Source: Alphaproteobacteria bacterium
Lineage (GTDB): Bacteria; Pseudomonadota; Alphaproteobacteria; UBA828
Direction of reading: 5' to 3'
NCBI GenBank assembly: GCA_963667785.2
Contig: CAXXMU010000002.1
Span: 1-64,000, forward strand
DNA: 64,000 nucleotides
Position 1 is the first letter of the stretch; the number at the start of each line of letters is the position of its first letter. Shown here piece by piece: positions 39,829 through 49,028 of the stretch. The translations under genes and the position numbers were made by a program. Under the pieces are notes generated by a model. The model made no database searches, was not told the DNA's origin, and worked only from the letters and a program-made list of their open reading frames with translations.

Positions 39829-40733
39829 TCAGGAGAACAGGATCGAGGAGAGCTTGCGGCGCCCCGCGACGGTGAGCGGGTCGGCGTGGCCGAGCGCCTC
39901 GAACAGCGTGACCAGCTGCTGCCGTGCGGCCTGCTCGTTCCACTCCCGGTCGCGGCGGACGATCTCGATGAGCTCGTCGATGGCCTGCTCGCCCCGCCCG
40001 GCAGCGTGATGGGCCATGGCGAGGTCGAAGCGGGCCTGGTGATCGTCCGGGTCCGCAGCGAGCCGGGCCTGAAGCGCGGCCGTATCGCCATCGGTTTCGC
40101 CTGCCTGCTCGGCAAGCGAGAGCGCCGATATCGCACCTTCGACCTCGGCATCCTTGAGGGCTTCTGCGTCCAGCCCGTCCACCAGCTCGCGCGCCTCGGC
40201 GAGGTCGCCGGCGGCGACGAGGCAGCGCACCAGGCCTGCGATCGCCGCCGTCTCGCCCGGCACCTGGCGCAGGATCTGGCTGTAGATGTTCGACGCGCTG
40301 GCGTGGTCACCCGCCTCCAGCGCCTCTTCGCCTGCTCCAGCGCCTGCTCGAGCGGCGAGGGGCCCATCGGGCCGACCAGCCGCTCCACGAAGCGCTTGAT
40401 CTGGCTCTCGGGCTGGGCGCCCATGAAGCCATCGACCGGCTGGCCCCGATCGAAGGCGAAGACCGCCGGAATCGACTGGATGCGGAGCTGCTGGGCGATC
40501 TCCGGGTTCTCGTCGATGTTGATCTTCACCAGCGCGACCTTGCCGCCGGCATCGCGCACCGTCCTCTCCAGGATCGGCGCGAGCTGCTTGCAGGGGCCGC
40601 ACCAGGGTGCCCAGAAATCGACGATCACCGGGGTCTGGTGCGACGCTTCGATCACGTCGGCGGCGAAGCTCTGGGTGGTCGCGTCCTTCGGCCCTGCCGC
40701 GCCGCCGGCCGCCTGGCCGATGAGGGGATCCAT
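39829..40733 (-). CDS. ybbN: Thioredoxin-TPR co-chaperone CnoX/YbbN (frameshift near 40327)
   Basis: [20 protein letters not shown]; TPR C-terminus ending [11 protein letters not shown] in a second frame; conserved neighbours. Confidence 0.9.
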
Positions 40734-40895
40734 GCCCGATTGCTCCCGGCTGGAGAGGGTGCCGTGCAGGGGCCCTACATGGCAGCTTGCGCCGGGCCTT
40801 GCAAGCCTGCCCCGGGCCTGCGCGCGACGCGGGCCGGCGGAGAGGAGAGGGGCGCGCCGCGGCCCGGTGAGCCGTTCGGCGCGCCCCTGCGGACG

Positions 40896-41393
40896 CTACT
40901 TGATCATGGAAAAGATAATGGCGGGCACCAGCGGCTCGCCGGCCGGCTGGATCGCTTCGATGCAAATGTTGGCGTCCGGATTGCTGGCGGACATCATCAC
41001 TTCCAGCACGTCGCCCGCAGCCATCGGGACGATGCCCTGCGAGATGATGACGTCCTTGGCCAGGCTGCCCTCGTCCTGGCAGAGCTGCACGTTGGAGTTG
41101 GCGACGTCCGCGCCGTTGATGCGCAGCCAGAGGTCGAAGCACCCGTAGGGCCCCGATCCCTCGCGGCCCACCTGGGGCGCGGCGACGATCAGATAGGGCC
41201 CGGCTTCGCCCACGGTGACCTGGTTGTTCGCCATGGCGACGCCCTCGGCCGCATCGATGATGTCCATCGCCACCACCTCGGGCGCGGTGCCCGGGCACTG
41301 GGTCACGGAAGAGGACGCCTGCAGAAATTGTCCGGCGTTCGCGACACCTGCCGAGGCGACGAGAACGACCAGCGTCAAGACGAGCTTTCTCAT
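40896..41393 (-). CDS. Secreted small beta-rich protein, C1q/TNF-like fold suspected
   Basis: Signal peptide ending ANA; VTVGEAGPYLI, LWLRINGADVANS and VPMAAGDVLEV patterns. Confidence 0.65.
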   Translation of the reverse strand: MRKLVLTLVVLVASAGVANAGQFLQASSSVTQCPGTAPEVVAMDIIDAAEGVAMANNQVTVGEAGPYLIVAAPQVGREGSGPYGCFDLWLRINGADVANSNVQLCQDEGSLAKDVIISQGIVPMAAGDVLEVMMSASNPDANICIEAIQPAGEPLVPAIIFSMIK

Positions 41394-41758
41394 GGCTTGG
41401 ATCCTCACTGCTTCCTCGTGACTTCATTCCTCCCTGATTGGCTCGGCCGCTCCCTGCCGGCCGGCGGCAGTCAGTGTAGGGGGCGCGGGCGGCTCCGACA
41501 AACGGGAGCATGCGCGCTCCAGGGCCGTCGCCTGACCGGTGCTCGCGGCGGTGCTCGCGGCGAATTGCCGTTGACAGCCCCAGGGTTCCATCACACGATC
41601 ATTCGGCCATCGCGAACTCAGTGGCCGAACAGGGAGAGTATGAAGGCTGGACTGCCGTAGAATGTCGGGGAGTTACGGCTGCAATAGAACTGTTTGTTGC
41701 CGGAAATCCGCCGTCGGCATCGCCGGAATTCACGCTCTCCATAGCAGGAGAAGAAGGG

Positions 41759-42871
41759 ATAAATAACCGGCCACATATTGTACGGTTCGACCGCGTACAA
41801 AAGAGCTACGACGGCGAAACCCTGGTCGTGAAGGATCTCAATCTGAGCATCGAGACCGGGGAATTCCTCACCATGCTCGGGCCGTCGGGCTCCGGCAAGA
41901 CCACCTGCCTGATGATGCTCGCCGGCTTCGAGCCGGCCACCCACGGCGAGATCTATCTCAACGATCGCCCGGTCAACAAGGTTGCGCCGCACCGGCGCAA
42001 CATCGGCATGGTCTTTCAGGATTACGCGCTTTTTCCGCACATGACGGTGTCGGAGAATCTGGCGTTTCCCCTGCGGGTTCGCAGGACGTCGAAGGCGGAC
42101 ACCGAAGCGAAGGTCAAGCGGGCGCTCGAGATGGTCCGCCTGCCCGCCTTCGGCAACCGGCGGCCGGCGCAGCTATCCGGCGGCCAGCAGCAGCGCGTCG
42201 CGGTGGCCCGCGCGCTGGTCTTCGAGCCCGACCTGGTGCTGATGGACGAGCCGCTCGGCGCATTGGACAAGAACCTGCGCGAGGAGATGCAGTACGAAAT
42301 CAAGCACATTCACGAGCAGCTCGGCGTCACCGTTGTTTACGTGACCCACGATCAGTCGGAAGCGCTGACGATGTCGAACCGCATCGCGGTTTTCGACGAT
42401 GGCGTGATCCAGCAATTAGCGAGCCCCAGCGCACTGTACGAGGAGCCGGAAAATTGCTTCGTCGCCCAGTTTATCGGCGAGAACAATCGGCTGTACGGCA
42501 AAGTCACGTCCGTAGAGGGCTCGTATTGTCGTGTCGCTCTGGACGGTGGCGGCACCGTTTTCGCCCGCAAGATAAAGTGCGAGGGAGAGGGGGCGCGAAC
42601 GACCCTCTCGCTGCGTCCCGAGCGGGTCGTGATTGCGCCGGCGGAGGACGGTACCGACAACTCCATCGTCGGCCGCGTTCAGGAGCTCATTTACCTGGGC
42701 GATCACATTCGGGCGCGGTTGGCGGTTGCCGGCAACGACGAGTTCGTCGTGAAGATTCCGAACACGGAGAGGCAGGTCGACCTCCGCGAAGGCATGGACG
42801 TCGATCTCGGCTGGGCCGCCGACGATTGCCGGGCGCTCGACGCGCCGGGAGAGGGAGCCCAAGCCGGATAG
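41759..42871 (+). CDS. potA: Polyamine-type ABC ATP-binding protein (start uncertain)
   Basis: GPSGSGKT, LSGGQQQR, DEPLGALD, C-terminal TOBE domain. Confidence 0.88.
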   Translation: MNNRPHIVRFDRVQKSYDGETLVVKDLNLSIETGEFLTMLGPSGSGKTTCLMMLAGFEPATHGEIYLNDRPVNKVAPHRRNIGMVFQDYALFPHMTVSENLAFPLRVRRTSKADTEAKVKRALEMVRLPAFGNRRPAQLSGGQQQRVAVARALVFEPDLVLMDEPLGALDKNLREEMQYEIKHIHEQLGVTVVYVTHDQSEALTMSNRIAVFDDGVIQQLASPSALYEEPENCFVAQFIGENNRLYGKVTSVEGSYCRVALDGGGTVFARKIKCEGEGARTTLSLRPERVVIAPAEDGTDNSIVGRVQELIYLGDHIRARLAVAGNDEFVVKIPNTERQVDLREGMDVDLGWAADDCRALDAPGEGAQAG

Positions 42872-42962
42872 CGAAGCAAGAGAGATCAAGAGTGTCGGGA
42901 CGGCTCGACACGAACCTTGAGAACCCGCCGGCGTCGCCGGCCAACAAGGAGGAGATAGGACA

Positions 42963-44066
42963 ATGAGATGGCTGTTGAGCACAACGGTGGTTGCGGCAGG
43001 CATGGCACTTGCCGCCGGCAGCGCCCAGGCGGTGGACCTCACGATCGTGTCGTGGGGCGGCGCCTATACGGCGAGCCAGCAAAAGGCCTACCACGACCCC
43101 TACATGGCGGCGAATCCCGACGTCAACATCATCAATGACGACAACGCGGCGGAGGGCCTGGCGAAGGTGAGGGCGCAGGTCGAGTCCGGCAACGTCACCT
43201 GGGACATCGTCGACATGGTCGCGGCCGACGCGATTACCGCGTGCGACGAAGGCCTGATCATGGAGATCGATCCGGACACCTGGCTCGCAGCGGCACCCGA
43301 CGGAACGCCCGCGTCGGAGGACTTCTTCGCCGGCACGCTCTCGCCGGGGGGCACCAACTGCTTCATCCCGCAGATCGTCTATTCCACCACCTTCGGCTAT
43401 CGCACGGACGCCTTCGAGGGTGACCAGCCCTCCACGATCGCCGACGTGTTCGATATCGAGAAGTATCCCGGCAAGCGCTCGCTGGAGCGCCGGCCCATCA
43501 ACAATCTCGAATGGGCCTTGCTGGCCGATGGTGTCGCGCCGGCCGACGTCTACGGCATGCTCAGCACGGACGAGGGCGTGGCACGGGCCCTGGCCAAGCT
43601 GGATACCATCAAGGACCAGGTGGTCTGGTGGACCAAGGGCGCCCAGCCGCCGCAGCTTCTGGCGGACGGCGAGGTGGTGATCGCCTCTGCCTATAACGGC
43701 CGCCTCTTCTCGGCCATCGCCGAGAAGAACCAGCCCATCGCCATGCTGTGGGATCGCCAGGTGTTCGATCTCGACGGCTGGGTCGTGCCGATGGGCGTGA
43801 AGGATCTCGACGCGGTGAAGGCGTATCTCCACTACGCCACCGACACGCAGCGTCTGGCCGACCAGGCGAAGTTCATCTCCTACGGTCCGGCGCGCTACTC
43901 GTCGGCGCCGCTGGTGGGCAATCACGCCGATCTCGGCATCGACATGAAGCCCCACATGCCGACCGATCCCAACAACGCCAAGACCCTCTTCGACTTCGAC
44001 TACGTCTGGTGGGCGGACCACCGGGCGGAGCTCGACGAGGTGTTCAACACATGGCTCGCCAAGTAG
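42963..44066 (+). CDS. potD: Polyamine-type ABC substrate-binding protein
   Basis: Signal peptide, LTIVSWGGAY, AQVESGNVTWD, AYNGR. Confidence 0.88.
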   Translation: MRWLLSTTVVAAGMALAAGSAQAVDLTIVSWGGAYTASQQKAYHDPYMAANPDVNIINDDNAAEGLAKVRAQVESGNVTWDIVDMVAADAITACDEGLIMEIDPDTWLAAAPDGTPASEDFFAGTLSPGGTNCFIPQIVYSTTFGYRTDAFEGDQPSTIADVFDIEKYPGKRSLERRPINNLEWALLADGVAPADVYGMLSTDEGVARALAKLDTIKDQVVWWTKGAQPPQLLADGEVVIASAYNGRLFSAIAEKNQPIAMLWDRQVFDLDGWVVPMGVKDLDAVKAYLHYATDTQRLADQAKFISYGPARYSSAPLVGNHADLGIDMKPHMPTDPNNAKTLFDFDYVWWADHRAELDEVFNTWLAK

Positions 44067-44078
44067 CAGCCTGTTAGC

Positions 44079-44125
44079 GGGGCGAGGGACGGGGTGCCTC
44101 CGGGCAGCCCGTCCCTTCCCCTTTT
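44079..44125 (+). terminator. Stem-loop with T-tract after the binding-protein gene (terminator or mRNA stabiliser)
   Basis: GGGACGGGGTGCC-TCCG-GGCAGCCCGTCCC followed by TTCCCCTTTT. Confidence 0.55.
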
Positions 44126-44158
44126 CTAGGGCAGCGGGGGAGGGCAGGTTCGGCTCCG

Positions 44159-45421
44159 ATGGCGACAGGCGCCGACAGCATCATCCGAACCGCCGACGGC
44201 GTGCCGCTCAAGACGAGCCTGCGGCGGGCGACGGCCCGCAGGCGCGTCCGTACATTCCTGCTGGTCGTGCCCATTCTGGCGTTCTTGCTGATCACCTTCG
44301 TTTTCCCGGTGATCGACATGCTGTTCCGGAGCGTCGATAACCAGATCGTTTCGTCCGTCCTTCCCCGCACCACGCTGGCCATTCAAAGCTGGGATCCCGC
44401 GAGCGAGGAGCTGCCTCCGGACTTCGTGTACGAAGCCCTGGTACTGGACGTTCAGGACTCCTTCGAAGACAAGACGTTGGGCCGCGCCGGGCGGCGCCTG
44501 AACTACGAACAGTCCGGCGTGATGAGCCTGTTCCGGAAATCGGGACGACGAGCGAAACGCATCACCGAAGCCCCCTTCAAGGACCAGGTCATCGCGATCG
44601 ATAATCGATGGGCGGATCTGGAAATCTGGCAGCTCATTCACCAGGAATCGAGCAACGTCACCGCAAGCTACTTTCTGTCGGCGATCGACCTTCAGATCGA
44701 CTACAAGGGCGAGATTTCCTGGAAGGCGGAAGAACGACGAATATACCTGTTTCTGTTCTATCGCACGTTGTGGATGAGCGCGCTCATTACGGTATTCTGC
44801 CTGCTTCTCGGCTACCCGATTGCCTTCCTTCTGGCCACGTTACCGTCGCGACACAGCAATCTTTTGCTCGTACTCGTTCTGCTTCCGTTCTGGACCTCCT
44901 TGCTGGTCCGAACGACCGCGTGGATTGCGCTGCTTCAATCCGAGGGCGTCCTGAACGACCTGATGGTGTTCCTGGGCATCATTTCCGAAGACGGTCGCCT
45001 GCAGATGATTCACAACAAGTTCGGTACGTTCGTGGCTATGACGCACATTCTTCTACCCTTCATGATCCTGCCGCTTTACTCGGTGATGAAGACAATTCCG
45101 TCGTCCTACATGCGCGCTGCACGCTCGCTCGGCGCCTCGCCCTTTACCGGCTTCGTCAAGGTCTACATGCCGAATACCGTGCCGGGAATCGGCGCGGGCT
45201 GCATCCTGGTCTTCATCCTGTCCATCGGCTACTACATCACGCCGGCGCTGGTCGGCGGACGAACCGGTACCTTCATTTCGAACATCATCGCCCTTCATAT
45301 CGGCGAGACGTTGAACTGGGGCCTGGCCGCGGCGCTGGGCGTGATTTTGCTGGCGCTCGTCCTGTTGCTTTACTTCCTCTATGACCGGATCGTCGGCGTC
45401 AACAACATGAAGCTCGGGTAG
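44159..45421 (+). CDS. potB: Polyamine-type ABC permease
   Basis: LLPFWTSLLVRT, LPFMILPLY, RAARSLGA. Confidence 0.88.
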   Translation: MATGADSIIRTADGVPLKTSLRRATARRRVRTFLLVVPILAFLLITFVFPVIDMLFRSVDNQIVSSVLPRTTLAIQSWDPASEELPPDFVYEALVLDVQDSFEDKTLGRAGRRLNYEQSGVMSLFRKSGRRAKRITEAPFKDQVIAIDNRWADLEIWQLIHQESSNVTASYFLSAIDLQIDYKGEISWKAEERRIYLFLFYRTLWMSALITVFCLLLGYPIAFLLATLPSRHSNLLLVLVLLPFWTSLLVRTTAWIALLQSEGVLNDLMVFLGIISEDGRLQMIHNKFGTFVAMTHILLPFMILPLYSVMKTIPSSYMRAARSLGASPFTGFVKVYMPNTVPGIGAGCILVFILSIGYYITPALVGGRTGTFISNIIALHIGETLNWGLAAALGVILLALVLLLYFLYDRIVGVNNMKLG

Positions 45422-45426
45422 AGCCG

Positions 45427-46275
45427 ATGCCGCCGCCGCTGCACGCGACTCACTCGGAACGGGTCTGGTACTACGCGTTTCGAGTCATCTGCGTGCTGAT
45501 CTTCATCTTCCTGGTCGGTCCGATTTTCGTCATCGTTCCGCTCAGCTTCAACGAGCTTCCCTACTTCACCTTCACGCCGGAAATGCTCTCGTTCGATCCG
45601 GCGGGCTACAGCACGAAATGGTATCAGGAGTTCTTCACCGAGGACTCGTGGCAACGAGCCGTACAGAACAGCTTTCTCATAGCGGTATTCGCCACGCTTA
45701 TTTCCACCTTCCTCGGCACGCTCGCGGCGCTCGGGCTGAGCCGGCCCGAAATGCCCTTCCGCAAGACCATCATGGCGCTGCTGATATCGCCGATGATCGT
45801 GCCGCTCATCATCTCGGCGGCGGGGATGTACTTCTTCTACGCCCGCATCGGCCTCGCTTCGACCCATGTCGGCGTCATCCTCGCCCACGCGGCTTTGGGT
45901 ATTCCGTTCGTCATCATCACGGTGACGGCGACGCTGGTCGGCTTCGACCACTCCCTCACCCGCGCGGCGTCCAGCCTCGGCTCGAGCCCTACCCGGACCT
46001 TCTTCGTGGTGATCGTGCCGCTGATCCTGCCCGGCGTCATATCGGGCGCGCTGCTGGCCTTCATCACCTCCTTCGACGAGGTTGTCGTGGTCCTCTTCGT
46101 CGGCTCGGTCGAGCAGCGAACGATTCCCTGGAAGATGTTCTCAGGGATACGGGAAGAAATTCGTCCGACCATTCTCGCCGTCGCCACTCTGCTCGTGATC
46201 GTGTCGATCCTCTTGCTGACGATGGTGGAGCTGCTGCGACGGCGCAGCGAGCGGCTACGCGGAATCCGCGGCTGA
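45427..46275 (+). CDS. potC: Polyamine-type ABC permease
   Basis: SPMIVP, AASSLGS, AFITSFDEVVV. Confidence 0.88.
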   Translation: MPPPLHATHSERVWYYAFRVICVLIFIFLVGPIFVIVPLSFNELPYFTFTPEMLSFDPAGYSTKWYQEFFTEDSWQRAVQNSFLIAVFATLISTFLGTLAALGLSRPEMPFRKTIMALLISPMIVPLIISAAGMYFFYARIGLASTHVGVILAHAALGIPFVIITVTATLVGFDHSLTRAASSLGSSPTRTFFVVIVPLILPGVISGALLAFITSFDEVVVVLFVGSVEQRTIPWKMFSGIREEIRPTILAVATLLVIVSILLLTMVELLRRRSERLRGIRG

Positions 46276-46382
46276 CGTGGCCCGGCCGCGCCGGGCATCT
46301 TGGGCTACGGCACAGTCCGACCGGACGAGACCATACCCAGTCGCCACACGTTCTCACCTTACTGTGCGGTGCCTGCCGGAAC

Positions 46383-46538
46383 CCCCCACCTCTCCCCGGC
46401 CCTCTCCTCCCTGGCAGGGAGGAGAGAGAGACAAGGCTCGCGCCGCTTTCGTTCCCCCTCCTCCTGGGAGGAGGGGGACAGGGGGAGGTGGGAGTCGTTC
46501 GGCCTGTCGTGACCCGGTATGGTCGGATAACGGGCTAG
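46383..46538. repeat. REP-like palindromic element, copy 2
   Basis: Same two hairpins as copy 1 and the shared ATGGTCGGATAA...CTAG right end. Confidence 0.75.
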
Positions 46539-47425
46539 GCGGGGCCGGGGCGGTCGATCAGGGTCGCGATCACCGGGTGGTAGCGCGCGCCGAGCCCGCT
46601 CTCGATGGCCTCGGCGAACAGCGCCTTGACCAGCGCCGCGCCCTCGGCGTCGATGCCGGCGTCGGCCGCGAGAGCGAGCGCGTAGTCGAGGTCCTTCATC
46701 GCGTAAGAGACGGGGAAGGCGCCCTCGGGGAAGCGCTCTTCGAGGATCGCCTTCATGCCGTGGTTGCGCAGCGCGAAGCTGTCGCCCGAGCTGCGGCTCA
46801 CCGCCTCCATGAAGGTCGCGGGCTCGATCCCCTGGCGGCGCGCGATGGCGAGCGCTTCGGCCAGCGCACGCACGTTCTGGAACAGGATCATGTTGTTCAG
46901 GACCTTCACCGCCTGCCCGGTGCCGGCCGGGCCGCAGTGGGTGACGTCCGTCGCGACATGGCACAGCAGCGGCCGCAGCCGCGCCACCAGCGCCGCATCG
47001 CCCCCCACCATGATGCTGAGGGTTCCCTCGATCGCGGCCTGGCGCGTGCGCGCGACGGGGGCATCGGCGAAGGCGATGCCGCGTGCGGCGAAGGCGCCCT
47101 CGAGCTCGCGGGCGAGCGCCGGCGGGGCGGTGCTGGTGTCGACGACGGTGCGCCCCTCCGGCAGGTGCCGGATCAGACCGTCGTCGCCGAGGCAGACCGC
47201 CCGCACCTCCCGGCCGGAGGGGAGGGAGAGGAAGATCAGGTCGGCCGCCTCGGCGAGCGCGGCGACGCCGGGCGCGATGCCGGCACCGTCGGCGGCGAGC
47301 CGTTCCAGCGGCGCCGGGTCGAGGTCGCAGGCCGTGACCGGGCCGTCGTGCTTGCGCACGAGGTTGCGGCACATGGGCTCGCCCATGACGCCTGTGCCGA
47401 TGAAGCCGATGCGCTCGCCGCTCAT
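46535..47425 (-). CDS. 3-hydroxyisobutyrate dehydrogenase-family oxidoreductase
   Basis: IGFIGTGVMGEPM, DAPV, GTLSIMVGG, AVKVLNN, KDLDYA. Confidence 0.9.
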   Translation of the reverse strand: MSGERIGFIGTGVMGEPMCRNLVRKHDGPVTACDLDPAPLERLAADGAGIAPGVAALAEAADLIFLSLPSGREVRAVCLGDDGLIRHLPEGRTVVDTSTAPPALARELEGAFAARGIAFADAPVARTRQAAIEGTLSIMVGGDAALVARLRPLLCHVATDVTHCGPAGTGQAVKVLNNMILFQNVRALAEALAIARRQGIEPATFMEAVSRSSGDSFALRNHGMKAILEERFPEGAFPVSYAMKDLDYALALAADAGIDAEGAALVKALFAEAIESGLGARYHPVIATLIDRPGPA

Positions 47426-48924
47426 GCGCCCTCGCCGTCCGTTGCGAAGCGGGCGGCACCGGCGCCGGCGAGGCGGCCGAAGACCGCGCCCGAGACCAGG
47501 CCCGTGCCGCCCGGATAGTTGCCGTAGTAGAGCCCTCCCACCAGCTCGCCCGCTGCGAAGAGGCCGGGGATCGGCGCGCCCGAGACCGCCTGCACCCGCG
47601 CCTCCGGGTCGATGGCGAGCCCGCCGAAGGTGAACGTGATGCCGCAGGTGACGGCATAAGCCTCGAAGGGCGGGGTCTCGATGCGGTTGGCCCAGTTGGA
47701 CTTGGGTGGCGCGAGCCCGCGCGTGCCGCGGCCGTCCTTGACCGTCGGCTCGAAGGGAACCTCCGTCATCACGGCCTCGTTGTAGGCCCGCACGGTCTGG
47801 AGGAAGCGGGCGCCGTCGATGCCCTCCATCCGCGCCGCGAGGTCCTCCAGCGTGCCGGCCTTTGCCTTTGTCACTTGGCGGATGCGGTACTCGTCGCGCA
47901 GCAGGTGGGTCACGCTCGCGTCGAAGACCTGCCACGCCACCTGGCCGGGCTGCTCCAGGATGCGGCGGCCGTAGGCGGCGTAGGTGTAGTTCCGAAAATC
48001 CGCGCCCTCGTCGACGAAGCGCTCGCCCGCCGCGTTGACGACGATCGAGAAGGGATAGCTGTGCTTCTGGAAGCCGTCGCCCACGGCGAGGTCGCCGAAG
48101 TCCGGCGCGTTCCGGTCCCAGGCGACCGCGTGGCAGCCCGACCAGTTGCCGGCCGGCATGGCGCCCGCCTCCAGCGCCATGCGGATGCCGTCGCCCTGGT
48201 TGAAGCGGGTTCCGCGCACCTTGGCGAGGTCCCAGCCCGGCCCCAGATAGCGCGCCCGCCAGGCGGCGTTGGCCTCGAAGCCGCCGCAGGCGAGCACCAC
48301 GGCGCGGGCCCGCACGTCCGCGCTGCGGCCGGCGATCCGCGCCCGCACGCCCTGCACGCCGGCGTCACCGGTCAGCAGGGAGAGCGCCTGCGCCCGGTAG
48401 TGGACGGCGACGCCCGTCTTCGCCGCCGCCTCGTAGAGCGCCGCGACGAGGCCCGGCCCGCCGCCCCAGGCCTCCACCGCGAGCCCGCCCCAGAAGCGGA
48501 AGCGCCCCTCGCTCCGGAAGGCCTGGCGGCCGTAGCTCGGCTGGAAGCGCACGCCGTTCGCGCGCAGCCAGAGCAGGGTCGGGTGGCTGCGGGTGACGAG
48601 CTGCTCGACCAGGTCCGGGTTGGCGCGGTAGTGCGTCAGCCGCGCCATGTCGTCGTAGTAGTCGTCCGCGGTGTAGGCGCCGAAATCGGTCTCCGCCAGC
48701 TCGCGCTCGGAGAGGTCGGGCATCAGCGCGGCGAGCGCGTCCGGCCCGTCGAAGACCACCCGCATGGCGCCGGCGGTATAGGTGCTGTTGCCGCCGCGCT
48801 CCTCCTCGGGCGCGGTCTCCAGCAGCCGCACCTGCGCGCCGGCCTCGGCCGCGGCGAGCGCGGCTGCGAGGGCGGCGTTGCCGCCGCCCACGACCACCAC
48901 GTCGGCCGTCAACGCGTCGCTCAT
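47422..48924 (-). CDS. tcuA: FAD-dependent tricarballylate dehydrogenase-like protein
   Basis: GGGNAAL, RGGNSTYT, LACGGFEAN, YLGPGWDLAKVRG, GITFTFGG, NYPGGTGL. Confidence 0.85.
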   Translation of the reverse strand: MSDALTADVVVVGGGNAALAAALAAAEAGAQVRLLETAPEEERGGNSTYTAGAMRVVFDGPDALAALMPDLSERELAETDFGAYTADDYYDDMARLTHYRANPDLVEQLVTRSHPTLLWLRANGVRFQPSYGRQAFRSEGRFRFWGGLAVEAWGGGPGLVAALYEAAAKTGVAVHYRAQALSLLTGDAGVQGVRARIAGRSADVRARAVVLACGGFEANAAWRARYLGPGWDLAKVRGTRFNQGDGIRMALEAGAMPAGNWSGCHAVAWDRNAPDFGDLAVGDGFQKHSYPFSIVVNAAGERFVDEGADFRNYTYAAYGRRILEQPGQVAWQVFDASVTHLLRDEYRIRQVTKAKAGTLEDLAARMEGIDGARFLQTVRAYNEAVMTEVPFEPTVKDGRGTRGLAPPKSNWANRIETPPFEAYAVTCGITFTFGGLAIDPEARVQAVSGAPIPGLFAAGELVGGLYYGNYPGGTGLVSGAVFGRLAGAGAARFATDGEGA

Positions 48925-49028
48925 CCTGCCTCTGCCACCCTTGCCGCCCGGCCGCGCTCGGAGCGGGCCATGGGCCTTGCGCGAGGGGGCAGTGTACTAT
49001 CTCCGCGGCCACGTGCAGGGAGGAACGC

